A stretch of DNA of 43,863 nucleotides from Octopus bimaculoides. Lineage: Eukaryota. Location: positions 23,763,403-23,807,265 of the forward strand of contig NC_069002.1 of NCBI RefSeq assembly GCF_001194135.2. Reading direction: 5' to 3'. A program made the position numbers and the translations under genes. The notes under the pieces are model-generated. The model ran no database searches. It was not told the origin of the DNA and saw only the letters and a program-made list of their open reading frames with translations. Positions 11,801-25,109 of this stretch are shown here, in pieces. Position 1 is the stretch's first letter, and each line of letters opens with the position of its first letter.

Positions 11801-13129
11801 ATTGTTATTGTTATCATCATCATCATTGTAGGNNNNNNNNNNNNNNNNNNNNNNNNNNNNNNNNNNNNNNNNNNNNNNNNNNNNNNNNNNNNNNNNNNNN
11901 NNNNNNNNNNNNNNNNNNNNNNNNNNNNNNNNNNNNNNNNNNNNNNNNNNNNNNNNNNNNNNNNNNNNNNNNNNNNNNNNNNNNNNNNNNNNNNNNNNNN
12001 NNNNNNNNNNNNNNNNNNNNNNNNNNNNNNNNNNNNNNNNNNNNNNNNNNNNNNNNNNNNNNNNNNNNNNNNNNNNNNNNNNNNNNNNNNNNNNNNNNNN
12101 NNNNNNNNNNNNNNNNNNNNNNNNNNNNNNNNNNNNNNNNNNNNNNNNNNNNNNNNNNNNNNNNNNNNNNNNNNNNNNNNNNNNNNNNNNNNNNNNNNNN
12201 NNNNNNNNNNNNNNNNNNNNNNNNNNNNNNNNNNNNNNNNNNNNNNNNNNNNNNNNNNNNNNNNNNNNNNNNNNNNNNNNNNNNNNNNNNNNNNNNNNNN
12301 NNNNNNNNNNNNNNNNNNNNNNNNNNNNNNNNNNNNNNNNNNNNNNNNNNNNNNNNNNNNNNNNNNNNNNNNNNNNNNNNNNNNNNNNNNNNNNNNNNNN
12401 NNNNNNNNNNNNNNNNNNNNNNNNNNNNNNNNNNNNNNNNNNNNNNNNNNNNNNNNNNNNNNNNNNNNNNNNNNNNNNNNNNNNNNNNNNNNNNNNNNNN
12501 NNNNNNNNNNNNNNNNNNNNNNNNNNNNNNNNNNNNNNNNNNNNNNNNNNNNNNNNNNNNNNNNNNNNNNNNNNNNNNNNNNNNNNNNNNNNNNNNNNNN
12601 NNNNNNNNNNNNNNNNNNNNNNNNNNNNNNNNNNNNNNNNNNNNNNNNNNNNNNNNNNNNNNNNNNNNNNNNNNNNNNNNNNNNNNNNNNNNNNNNNNNN
12701 NNNNNNNNNNNNNNNNNNNNNNNNNNNNNNNNNNNNNATATTATTGTTATTAATATCATTATTATTATTAATATCATTATTATTATTAATATCATTATTA
12801 TTATTAATATCATTATTATTATTATGATGATTATTATTCGTTTCAGTTATCATGTTTTCCTACCAGTATTTGATTAGTATCCTTCCATCGAAGGCATCTA
12901 GCACTTTCCCTATTGTCCTTGCTGTGCCAAGGAAACCAGGCTTTGTGTAGACACAGGAAATTGGGAATTTAGCAAGATAATGGGATTATAAATACAGGAT
13001 GCTGCTGCAAATTGAGATTAAGTGTGTGGGCGTGTGGCATTGAGCTCTTGATGAGGTCTGATCCCTGTTATTGGATCCTCTCAATTTTCAAAAGCCTGAT
13101 GATATTAGGTATACAACTGTATGTATCTT

Positions 13130-13163
<34 letters not shown>

Positions 13164-13790
13164 GATGCTGGTAGATTACAAGATATATTCATACATCATA
13201 ATTTTTGTTTCTACGCATTATATCAAAATGGGTGTATANNNNNNNNNNNNNNNNNNNNNNNNNNNNNNNNNNNNNNNNNNNNNNNNNNNNNNNNNNNNNN
13301 NNNNNNNNNNNNNNNNNNNNNNNNNNNNNNNNNNNNNNNNNNNNNNNNNNNNNNNNNNNNNNNNNNNNNNNNNNNNNNNNNNNNNNNNNNNNNNNNNNNN
13401 NNNNNNNNNNNNNNNNNNNNNNNNNNNNNNNNNNNNNNNNNNNNNNNNNNNNNNNNNNNNNNNNNNNNNNNNNNNNNNNNNNNNNNNNNNNNNNNNNNNN
13501 NNNNNNNNNNNNNNNNNNNNNNNNNNNNNNNNNNNNNNNNNNNNNNNNNNNNNNNNNNNNNNNNNNNNNNNNNNNNNNNNNNNNNNNNNNNNNNNNNNNN
13601 NNNNNNNNNNNNNNNNNNNNNNNNNNNNNNNNNNNNNNNNNNNNNNNNNNNNNNNNNNNNNNNNNNNNNNNNNNNNNNNNNNNNNNNNNNNNNNNNNNNN
13701 NNNNNNNNNNNNNNNNNNNNNNNNNNNNNNNNNNNNNNNNNNNNNNNNNNNNNNNNNNNNNNNNNNNNNNNNNNNNNNNNNNNNNNNNNN

Positions 13791-13842
<52 letters not shown>

Positions 13843-15271
13843 CATATATGCATATATCTATCTATATATGTGTAAGAGTCTTTTTATATTCACGTATATG
13901 TATATAGGTATGTTTATATGTGTATATAGATGTGCTTATATATGTATCTATAGATTTTCACACATATATATATATGATTATATATCTATGTATGTGTGTA
14001 TATACGTATGTATGTATATATGTATATTTATATGTGTGTATGTATACACACTCACACACAAACACACTCACTCACATACACATACACACACAAACACACA
14101 TGTATGTATGTAAGTAGGTATATACGTGAGCAGTTAAGCTTTTTATTCCGTCATTGATTTTAAATAACTTTTCTTCTGGTCACTGATTTTCGGTTAGCAT
14201 ATTTCTCTGGAATATTTGCAGAATGAATTAAATATTAAATCACTGAGGCATGCATATTCAAAGAAGTTTTTCTGCCCATACCATACATCGGTCAAGCAGT
14301 TATTGAGTGTGCTCTGTATTTTGGGTAAACATGAACTCTCTATCTTTTATGATTCCTTTTCTCCAATTGACTCTTTCTGACATTCTGTGGTTTGTGAGTT
14401 TAAAACTTAATTGTCTTCGATTCTAGTTACTGTTGTTTTGGGGAATATGGAGGTGGAGAGCAGCAAGAAGTGATATTGAACCAGTGTGTGCGCTCATTAT
14501 TGGTATAACGACCCTCCCAAAACTCAACAAAAATACTAACCATGCAATGAGGAAGTTGAAACAATGCTGTGTCATCCAGCTCTTAAATGATTCAATTCAA
14601 ATATATTGGGAGGTTGGTCTTTAAGTTTGCTTCCCAACCAATGTGGTTTCAGGTTCAATCCCACTGGAAGGAATCTTTGATTCATAGCAGTTGTGAGTGG
14701 GTTTAATTGATGGAAGCAAAAATAAGCCCATCATCTTTGTGTGTGTGTGTGTGTGTGTGTGCACGTAAGTATATGTTTTAAGAAGGTTGATGGTATTTGA
14801 GAGAGATTTGGCTGCTATTTTTAGCAACTACGTAGGACCTAGATGATCTGCCCTCGTGTATCTTTATGTTGTGAGGCTATTGTTTGCTGAAGGCTGGGAG
14901 CAAGTGGGAAGTGTTTATAATTAAAATGTTATTTGAATGCCTGAAAGGAAGTCATAAGTGGGAGGGGATTCCCAAGAGATGCAAGTTTGCACAGGAAGGA
15001 TTGGGTAGTACTTAGTAGGGGATCTGATGGTAGAAAATCTATATACAGGCAAGATGGATGAGTTCAAGTAGTTGTGATGTTCCAGGATGAGTATCTAAAA
15101 CAAGAGTTGCAGAGAATAAAACCGAGAGTAAGCTTGGGGAGGATATTGTGTTGGGAAGGGCAAGAATGTCACAACATCCCGTTCAATTCCCTCAGTTTAT
15201 TACAAATATGCAAACCTTCAAACAACTGCTTTTGTAATAAATCAATTTCTCTTGACTGAATATATATATAT

Positions 15272-15880
15272 GCAGGAGTGGCTGTGTGGTAAGTAGCTTG
15301 CTTACCAACCACATGGTTCCCAGTTCAGTTCCATTGCATGGCACCTTGAGCAAGTGTCTTCTACTATAGCCTCAGGCAGACCAAAGCCTTGTAAGTGGAT
15401 TTGGTAGACAGAAACTGAAAGAAGCCTGTCGTATATATGTGTATANNNNNNNNNNNNNNNNNNNNNNNNNNNNNNNNNNNNNNNNNNNNNNNNNNNNNNN
15501 NNNNNNNNNNNNNNNNNNNNNNNNNNNNNNNNNNNNNNNNNNNNNNNNNNNNNNNNNNNNNNNNNNNNNNNNNNNNNNNNNNNNNNNNNNNNNNNNNNNN
15601 NNNNNNNNNNNNNNNNNNNNNNNNNNNNNNNNNNNNNNNNNNNNNNNNNNNNNNNNNNNNNNNNNNNNNNNNNNNNNNNNNNNNNNNNNNNNNNNNNNNN
15701 NNNNNNNNNNNNNNNNNNNNNNNNNNNNNNNNNNNNNNNNNNNNNNNNNNNNNNNNNNNNNNNNNNNNNNNNNNNNNNNNNNNNNNNNNNNNNNNNNNNN
15801 NNNNNNNNTTTGCTCAACTAAAAGGCGGTGCTCCAGCATGGCTGCAGTCAAATGACTGAAACAAGTAATAGAATAAAAGA
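15272..15880 (+). mobile_element. SINE family A spanning an assembly gap
   Basis: Head GCAGGAGTGGCTGTGTGGTAAGTAGCTTGC at 15272; tail GGCGGTGCTCCAGCATGGCTGCAGTCAAATGACTGAAACAAG after the gap. Confidence 0.85.
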
Positions 15881-15987
15881 AAGAATAAGTTTACATATTG
15901 AGGGAGAGGAGGGATATTGGCAACGAAGCCCACTTGTGAGAAATAACAGCCAAACTTTCCTCAAACATATTTCCCTTTCAATATATT

Positions 15988-16200
15988 AAGAAGCACAAGG
16001 TGGCAGAAATGCTAGAATGCCGGGCGAAATGCTTAGCAGTATTTCGTCTGTTTTTACGTTCTGAGTTCAAATTCCACCGAGGTCAACTTTGCCTTTCATC
16101 CTTTCAGGGTTGATAAATCAAGTACCAATTCCATACTGAAATTGACCTAATCAACTGGTCCCCTCCCCAATGATTTCAGGCCTTGTGCCTAGAATAGAAA
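15988..16200 (+). mobile_element. SINE family C
   Basis: GGTGGCAGAAATGCTAGAATGCCGGGCGAAATGCTTAG...GAGTTCAAATTCCACCGAGGTCAAC...GGCCTTGTGCC. Confidence 0.8.
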
Positions 16201-16650
16201 CTAATATATAAAGAAGCACATTATTTGTGATATCCTATTTACACTATCAGAAAAATTGTAATATTGGGTGGCCATGGTTGGAATCCTTTTTGATTATAGG
16301 TCTGCTCAATTGGTGGACCTAGAATTAAACAACAGCAACCACCGTGTTGCAGAAGGTAAAGAACTTAATAAGCTCACCATCCTGCCAATTAATATTGAGG
16401 CTTTGGGTTGTTGGAGAATTTGAGAACAAGCTTTGGGTAAGTAGACTCTAATAGAGGAGTTGGGGTGGTGCAGAAAACCTTTTCATCCTGAAACCCCTCA
16501 ATATAAAGTAAGAACAGATCTGAAAAGCAGTAAAAGACTTTTATACAAGGGGTGCTAAATGCTCCTCATCTTTGACTACAAGTTGTGATTTGATAGGAAA
16601 CTCACTCAAACCAGATGCAACACCTTGTTACTGCATAATAATAATAATAA

Positions 16651-16681
<31 letters not shown>

Positions 16682-16689
16682 AATAAGAG

Positions 16690-17485
16690 GAAAATTCTAA
16701 CTGGGCCCCACCTGCGAGGTCATGCGCTGTTTATCTTGATATAAGCTCACCCTGTTGCGCACATATGGTTGTGATGCATGTGCCTGGTGTACCTTTATCA
16801 GACAGGTAGTCATGATGGGTATAATGGGCTTCGTATATTTTACCCCAGTGTCACTTTGATGGCATGCACTGCTCTCTCACTCAATAATAATAATAGTAAT
16901 AATAATGATAAATGCCCTGATGCAGTACCAGGCAGTGGCTCTCATGGCTTCTTATCTTAACTGATTGGAAGTGTTATCATGTACATCGTTTTGTCTTGGC
17001 ATAAAAGATGGGCTACAGCAAATATTCTGCTTAATACCACAGATTTGTTTGTCAGTTGTTTGACCATAACCAGTTGAGCATGTCCCTTAGTGGCTGATGA
17101 TATGTGCATCTCTGATCAAGAGCAGAAGTAGATGTAAATTTTCTGAATCCATTTGTTAAACATCATAGCCATGTGTTGAGAAGAATTATTTGGGGTTTGA
17201 ATAATTCCCCTTTGGAATCATGCGTGTTTCGTTTATCATCCTTAAACAATCCTTATTCAGGAATCGTTTGAGCAGGATGGGCTACTTGACCTGAAGAAAA
17301 TTCTAACTGGGCCCCATCTGCAAGGCCATGCGCTGTTTATCTTGATATGAGATCACCATGTTGTGCATACATGGTTGTGATGCATGTGCGTGGTGTACCC
17401 TTATCAGATGGGTAGTCATGATGGGTATACTGGGCTTCGTATATTTGTACCCCAGAGTCACTTTGATAGCATGCATTGCTCTCTC

Positions 17486-17530
<45 letters not shown>
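16690..17530 (+). mobile_element. Two tandem copies of a non-coding (TAA)n-tailed retroposon 3' region
   Basis: 16690-16885 and 17295-17485 are ~190-bp direct repeats (AAATTCTAACTGGGCCCCA...CACTTTGAT.GCATGCA.TGCTCTCTCA), each followed by (AAT)n. Confidence 0.75.
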
Positions 17531-17531
<1 letters not shown>

Positions 17532-17867
17532 GTTTCAACTTTTGGCACAAAGCCAACAGTTTCAATAATATGAAGAACAAGAACAAGAACCCCCAAAACA
17601 ACAAAAATTGACTTTGTTAATTGAATTGAGCAATTTTTTCGACAATTTGTCTGTCTTCCCAGGATTCAAAAATTAGAATGCAGAAATATAAAAATTAAAA
17701 ATAATTTGAACAGAAATATCCTGCATTCCTTTTTTTAGACTAAACAATGTCATGAACTTTTTCTTTTTCATAAATGGTACCAAAGTTTAAAAAAAAATGA
17801 AGAAAAAAAGAAAACAAGAAAGAGAACACTTAGTCAAAGAGTTTTGTATAAATGTGATGGAATTCCG

Positions 17868-18050
17868 GGTATAGGCACAAGGCCTGAAATGTTGTGGGAG
17901 GAGACTAGTCAATTGCATTGACCTAGTGTTTCACTGGTACTTAATTTATTGACCCCAAAAGGATGAAGTCAACCCTGGTGGAATTTGAACTTAGAATGTA
18001 AAGATGGAGGAAAAGTCGTGGAGCATGTTATCCAGCATGCTAACACTTCT
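17868..18050 (-). mobile_element. SINE family C
   Basis: GCACAAGGCCTGAAAT...GGTACTTAATTTATTGACCCCAAAAGGATGAAG...GGAATTTGAACTTAGAA on +. Confidence 0.7.
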
Positions 18051-19136
18051 GTAAATCCTATAGATGTACTGTAAGACTGCCAGTTAAGTGTGGTAGTCAT
18101 GTTCGGACAGCATATAGACAGACATATAGAGCTAAAAAGCAGAGAATTATAAGCAGTAGACAAAAAATTTCCAACACCAGTAATGAAACTGCTAGATCAC
18201 ATGATTTCTGCATGCTCGCACATCATCATCAGCAGATATCTTCTTTCTTCTCCTGTTAGTACATCCACATTAAGTAGCATATCCAGATTGCTATTCAGTG
18301 CTAATACTGCTTCCATTGCTAATATCTAAATTTTCCCAAACCCAAATGATATCCACATCCTTGAGTTCACACACATGCACATATGCACAAACATATGTGC
18401 ACTGTTACAAGTTGATGCAAATTTTCTGAATCCATTTGTTAAACCCATCAATTAAAACCATAAATGTATCCTGCATTATAGGGAAAACAATGAAAGAGTT
18501 TATATAATTAATGTTAAATATATGGTGTATTATGGAGGAAACAATGATAAAGTTAATATAATTATGTTAAATCATGATTAGACTGTTAAATGGTATTATG
18601 CACAAACTTGATTTCCTCCCATAATTCTATCAACTTTGAACATGGTCTATTTTGGCATCAGTTCCTGCTCTTAGTCAGGTAACTGAATTAATGTGATCAA
18701 ATGAGAGAAGCATCTATTTAAATGGTTGATCTTTATCAATAAATTTATTCTCAGCTAGCAATGTAGTCACATGACTTGTTTGATGTAGGCAAATATTTAT
18801 GGATAAACATTGCTCTGCTCTACTTCCACCCCAGAGTAAGGCACTTGTCTCTACTTGATGTTCTTTGTTCATTCACAAAACATCTGGTTTCCATTTCCCT
18901 ACTATTCCAAAATATAGGTTTAACAAATAGAAATTCTTAGTTGACCAAGTCATCAACTGCCACAGCTGCAGCGTCATTGCTTTTGAGACTTCTGGGGTTC
19001 CTGTAATCATGCAAAGCAAGAATCCAGCCTCCTTTTCTCATCAAAGCTTGTTTTAATATCAACATAATAGAATATTTCAACATCTTTCGTAAAGTTCACA
19101 TGTTGTGGATCAATAAACATTACTATGTGAATGAAG

Positions 19137-19304
19137 TTAACCTTTTCGTTACCATATCTGAGTTGAAATATATTGCCTTTGTTTCAATTATTTTTTTAAA
19201 TAATCAAGTATTTCATAAAATAACTCCCTCATTATTAAGCTGGTATCTGGAACAAATTAACCTAAGATTTTGATGGAAGATTATAATTTAGATCACTTTA
19301 AAAC
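19137..19304 (+). repeat. ~165-bp AT-rich interspersed repeat bounded by TTAA
   Basis: TTAACCTTTTCGTTACCATAT...TTTTGATGGAAG...ATTTAGATCACTTTAA; copies at 31216-31383 (-), 31385-31525 (-), 32304-32385 (+) and 38757-38921 (-). Confidence 0.7.
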
Positions 19305-19374
19305 AGTTTGTTTGTGTCATAGAAGCAGAGGTGGTTTCAGGCAGGTTGGTATCAAAAGGGTTTCGTTGTCTAAG

Positions 19375-19590
19375 ACTGCACCTTTTCATAGTTCAAAGTG
19401 TGTACAGGGTTATTTCAAGGAGAAACTTCCATTTATTGTCTTAAGGGAAGTCCAGCCTTCAAACTCACCAGATTTGGCTATATTTGGATATTTGGGATGT
19501 CACCGAGGACAGGACTGATACAACATCTCATGGCAGCATCACCATCTTCAAAAACTAGCATTAAGAAGGCATTTAAGTCTATCAATGCAG
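19375..19590 (+). pseudogene. Degenerate Tc1/mariner-superfamily transposase C-terminal fragment
   Basis: TAPFHSSKCVQGYFKEKLPF...PSNSPDLAIFGYLG and downstream SKTSIKKAFKSI resemble QDxAPxH...WPxxSPDLNPLD...LKxAIxKAW. Confidence 0.5.
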
Positions 19591-19670
19591 GTAATACAAA
19601 GAAGAGTGCATGAGCAGTCTTCCTCATCTTCATTCATTTAATTCTATAAATGCAAATGGCGGATATAGAG

Positions 19671-19960
19671 CAGGGATTCTCAACCATTTTAAATCTATGA
19701 ACCTCTTTGATTACTATTTTATTCTGGTGAACTCCCGTAGCCATTCAATGTTTAAAAAATAGTTTTATTGAATGTTATTTATTAATGTTTTCACATATTA
19801 ATTTGTGTAGGTTGAATTGTGTCAAATGTTTGAGAAAGGAACCCAGCTGTTTCTTGCAATACACACATCTAGAACAAGATGTTTTCAGGGGCCCTTAAAA
19901 TACTATTGTGGATCCCCAATTTACAATTTTGTTGCGTGAACCCCCAGGAATTTTATGTAG
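19671..19960 (+). mobile_element. Possible hAT-type MITE (left end only)
   Basis: Starts CAGGGATTCTCAACC, like hAT TIRs; no matching right TIR found; a similar end is at ~43558. Confidence 0.3.
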
Positions 19961-20327
19961 GCCCTCAGAGCAATATGCTCCGCATACTTTTGTTCAAAGA
20001 CAACTCATATACTCTTGATAATCTTTCTCCATGTTGCTTGGTTTTCTGCTAATGATTCCCAGTTTCCATATCTATCTCCAAAGCTTGAAGATTACCTTCT
20101 ACAGCATAGATAGACAGATGACAGACAGACAGACAGATAGATAGACAGTTAGATAGAGCTATACACATGCACATACACTCACCAGTACACATAGAGACAC
20201 ATAAACAGATGGACTCACATTTCTATTGTTTAAACTGCACTGCATCATAATGTGTGTTTCATGGCAAGTTAGGATATTCATTAGTTAAAGCAATTGTCAA
20301 ATAAACCCTTTTCTCTCCCTTTAATTG

Positions 20328-21075
20328 CTCAGGCTTGGGTAACTTGCAGTCTCGCACCATGTGCGGGCCCTGACACCGCAAACACTGTCCTTTGAACGGT
20401 CGCACACATTCCTTGTTCGACCCCTCTCCGCTACTCCTTGGTCGGCCACCTTTTGCTGTTGCCGCTGCTACCAACGGTGTCGATCTACAACACGAAACTA
20501 ACATACGAGCCCTCGTTATTATATCCACCATGGGCATGGCGTTCACGTCTGGCAGTTTCTGCAATTCGACCGACATGTGGTCAGGAAACCCAGTTACAAA
20601 CGCCAACTTTACTGTTTGATCCAGCGATTCTCCCTCATNNNNNNNNNNNNNNNNNNNNNNNNNNNNNNNNNNNNNNNNNNNNNNNNNNNNNNNNNNNNNN
20701 NNNNNNNNNNNNNNNNNNNNNNNNNNNNNNNNNNNNNNNNNNNNNNNNNNNNNNNNNNNNNNNNNNNNNNNNNNNNNNNNNNNNNNNNNNNNNNNNNNNN
20801 NNNNNNNNNNNNNNNNNNNNNNNNNNNNNNNNNNNNNNNNNNNNNNNNNNNNNNNNNNNNNNNNNNNNNNNNNNNNNNNNNNNNNNNNGGTCCCTCTCTT
20901 CCATCTCTAAAAATAGCGCCAATGCCGGACCATCCAGGTAGAGTGGTAGAAAACTTGCCAAGTCGCATATCCCTTGGAGCTTCGTGACCAGCTTCATCCT
21001 TTTTAGCCATGCGACCACGTCCGTGTCGCCGCAAAACGGTTTAATTATATCACTAGAAATCCGGACTACACTCAT
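20328..21075 (-). mobile_element. Ty3/Gypsy-type gag (gap-interrupted, 3'-truncated) with a zinc knuckle
   Basis: MSVVRISSDIIKPFCGDTDVVAWLKRMKLVTKLQGICDLASFLPLYLDGPALALFLEMEERD...AFVTGFPD...GQCLRCQGPHMVRDC (CX2CX3HX4C at 20346-20384). Confidence 0.8.
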
Positions 21076-21107
21076 AATTTTTTTTTTACTTATGGGCCGA
21101 AATAGCT

Positions 21108-21391
21108 TGTGGTGTGATGGAGGAAAAAAGACAACAAGAAGCAAAAGGACAGAATGAAACGTTGGACCTTACCTTGTTGACCGCAGCGGAGTACACGATC
21201 GCTCCTGATCAGAACACGTCTTTCTTGTAACCTCTCTGTTTTCTGACTGACCCCATGTGCTAGCCTTCGACCGAGTGTCGCCGACTTCCGGTCTGACCCT
21301 TCCGATCTGGCCCTTCCGGTCTGGCTTCACTTCTGTTTGCCTCACCTCTCTCCACCACAACACACAGCTCATCACAGCCCATAACACCACA
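21108..21391 (-). mobile_element. 5' LTR (284 bp) of the Gypsy element
   Basis: On the minus strand it begins TGTGGTG and ends CACCACA (perfect 7-bp terminal inverted repeat) and ends about 30 nt upstream of the gag ATG; CpG-rich. Confidence 0.7.
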
Positions 21392-22436
21392 ATACATTAG
21401 TAAATATATCAGCTTTACCGCTTGGATTGAGTGCGTCACTCTTTTGGTCAATATTCTGTATTAACAGACTGTTAAAAATGTGTGTGTGTGTGTTTGCATG
21501 TGTGTGTATCTTTCTTTCTCCTAAATGAGTGTGTATGTATATGTGGTGGATATCTGACATATACACACATGATGACACACACACATGCATACATGTTATA
21601 CATACATTCACTTTCACTTGTTTAAGTAATAAATTTCTGTTTACAGCAAGCACCACAATAAAACCTAAGTGTTAATGGGACTTGAAAACTGAATTAGCAA
21701 TTGTTTAATAGGTGGTAATTTTGGGGTGTTATATCTGTTCCATAGTTTTAGAGAAGAGTTAAAAGTACAATCACTAACAATGAAATTGTTTCACTTTCAG
21801 AAACTATTCAAATTAGATGAAAAAATCTCCCCCTTCCTCCTCCCTTTATGACTTTGATTACTTTTCCATTTCATTTTCTTATTTTCTTTTCAAATATTCT
21901 CCGTCATCGTTTAGCATTGATTGACTTGGTACTTAAGGTTTTGCCATTATTTGTTGTTAATCGGTTGAGGTTTGTCAACACCTCTCATCTGCAATTTCTT
22001 CTTCATATACTGACAAATAAGAACAAAATAATTAAATGATAAAATTAAAATGAGTTGAAAATTGCTTTTACTCCATGTTAGCTAAGTGTAGTTAAAGGGT
22101 GGTATAGATGGGTATTTGTAGTAAATATATAATCCCAAAACCCAGTTTACAGTGATATGAGAGGACTTGAAAGAGAAAAACATGAGCTCTGCAACTACGT
22201 AGTATATCTTGTCTCTGCAACCTTGATACAGAGTGTCAATCAGTAACTGAAGCTTGATTCCGAATTTGAATATCGAGGGGCAATACAGAAGAGTTTTTAG
22301 CATTGCAATAGATATCAAGGAGCTTGCATAAACCTCTGCATACCTCCTGCAGTTTCTGTTTGGAGCAAAGCATCTCTGATGTTTATTTCACCTATATAGA
22401 TATATAACATATATAATATATTTATATGATATGATA

Positions 22437-22493
<57 letters not shown>

Positions 22494-23726
22494 CATGTAC
22501 GCATATAATATATGTACATACATATTTCAAAATGTAACCACATGGGGATCATTGGTAATTTTTTTCCTCCATCTTCCTTTTCTCTTGAACTTTCCTCCAT
22601 CTCCTGTTTCTGACCAAAAGCTTTGCTTGAAATGTAAANNNNNNNNNNNNNNNNNNNNNNNNNNNNNNNNNNNNNNNNNNNNNNNNNNNNNNNNNNNNNN
22701 NNNNNNNNNNNNNNNNNNNNNNNNNNNNNNNNNNNNNNATATATATATATACATACATACACATACACACACACACACACACATATATTTACATATAAAA
22801 TAGATATACGGGTTTAGTTCACAGGTGATCTAAATGAGTAGGTATGCTAGGTAAGTGCTGTAACAGATTACTCGGGATCCAAGGTTATAGCCGAGATGGT
22901 AGTTATGGAGCCATTGCAGATTTCTGATATAGTGGATATACAATTGTTAAAGAGGACAACAAATGTCAAGGCAAGGCAAACATCTCAAGTTATATACATT
23001 ATTATTATTACTGGAAAAAAGATTCAAAGTCTTACAGCTGTTTCTGGGATATCCCAGAATATAGGATATTCCATCATCGGAGACAAATAGCTAAAATGAG
23101 AAAGATATAGATTAATGAAATGATGACAGAAAGGACAGGAGTAAAGGAATAAGGAGATGAAGAAAGAGAAGAAAAGAGTAGTACAAAAATTCACAGTTCA
23201 GCTTTCTGATCTTGTAAAAATAAGTCCGTAAGTCCTTAGGTTCATTCCTGTGTAAATCTATGCAGGTTAAAGTCCTGATAGTGTAAATATCCAGAAAAAA
23301 GATATGGACATATAAGCATTCAATAGCAGAATGGTAGTGGAGGTGGCTATTAAGTGGTAAAAAGAAAGAAAAGTAAATAAATAGAAAGAGAGGAAGATAG
23401 AGTGAGGGAGGAAATTAAGGATTAGCATTAAGGATAAAGTAAGGTGTATAAACATATAGTGTGTAAGAATATATTGTACAAAGATAGCCAAGAAGATAAG
23501 AGAGAGGAGGAGGAGGCAAAGGAATTAACGTAAAAAAACAAAATAAACAAAATAGAGCAAAATGAAAGGAATTTAAAGAGAATAGTAGGTGCCAGGGGTA
23601 TCATTTTAGTCTATGTGGGTTGGGGAGGAAATCTAGTAGTAAATGCTTGTGTCCATTCTGGCAGAGTAAATTCTGCCCAATAGAAAATAAAGATGGTTAC
23701 ATTCAACAAGTTCTATGATGACAACA

Positions 23727-23746
23727 ATTATTATTATTATTATTAA

Positions 23747-23834
<88 letters not shown>

Positions 23835-23885
23835 CGTTATTATTATCATCATCATCATTATCATTATTCATATTATTACTATTAT
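23727..23885. repeat. Long (ATT)n/(ATC)n microsatellite
   Basis: Direct reading. Confidence 0.95.
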
Positions 23886-25109
23886 TGGTGCTAGTATCAT
23901 TATTTTGGTTTGGCTCGAGTTTGGTCTTATTCCTGGTAGGATTTATGAGGGTNNNNNNNNNNNNNNNNNNNNNNNNNNNNNNNNNNNNNNNNNNNNNNNN
24001 NNNNNNNNNNNNNNNNNNNNNNNNNNNNNNNNNNNNNNNNNNNNNNNNNNNNNNNNNNNNNNNNNNNNNNNNNNNNNNNNNNNNNNNNNNNNNNNNNNNN
24101 NNNNNNNNNNNNNNNNNNNNNNNNNNNNNNNNNNNNNNNNNNNNNNNNNNNNNNNNNNNNNNNNNNNNNNNNNNNNNNNNNNNNNNNNNNNNNNNNNNNN
24201 NNNNNNNNNNNNNNNNNNNNNNNNNNNNNNNNNNNNNNNNNNNNNNNNNNNNNNNNNNNNNNNNNNNNNNNNNNNNNNNNNNNNNNNNNNNNNNNNNNNN
24301 NNNNNNNNNNNNNNNNNNNNNNNNNNNNNNNNNNNNNNNNNNNNNNNNNNNNNNNNNNNNNNNNNNNNNNNNNNNNNNNNNNNNNNNNNNNNNNNNNNNN
24401 NNNNNNNNNNNNNNNNNNNNNNNNNNNNNNNNNNNNNNNNNNNNNNNNNNNNNNNNNNNNNNNNNNNNNNNNNNNNNNNNNNNNNNNNNNNNNNNNNNNN
24501 NNNNNNNNNNNNNNNNNNNNNNNNNNNNNNNNNNNNNNNNNNNNNNNNNNNNNNNNNNNNNNNNNNNNNNNNNNNNNNNNNNNNNNNNNNNNNNNNNNNN
24601 NNNNNNNNNNNNNNNNNNNNNNNNNNNNNNNNNNNNNNNNNNNNNNNNNNNNNNNNNNNNNNNNNNNNNNNNNNNNNNNNNNNNNNNNNNNNNNNNNNNN
24701 NNNNNNNNNNNNNNNNNNNNNNNNNNNNNNNNNNNNNNNNNNNNNNNNNNNNNNNNNNNNNNNNNNNNNNNNNNNNNNNNNNNNNNNNNNNNNNNNNNNN
24801 NNNNNNNNNNATTATGCTTATTGATTAACCCATTACCTCCCATAATTCTATTAAATGGAATTTTTTTTATGAAACTTTGATTTCTAGCATAAAACAGCCT
24901 TAGAAACACGCTGGAATGATCAAAATAACATTTTAAATAGAAATAAGCGAGATATTGGGTGAAAAATTAGCAAACCTCATTTGAATATCAGAGAAATATA
25001 CCTAGTAGATATAGCAAAAAGGTTAGATATGTGTAAATATTGACAGATAATTATGAAATTTGTAATTTTTAAGTGATCTCATATGAGATCACTGGTAGGT
25101 AATGGGTTA

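Noticed and set aside
276-17105. Other CTGATGA occurrences (~278, ~7462, ~13097, ~17094)
   Set aside because: No downstream helix II plus GAAA and no flanking helix I complementarity.
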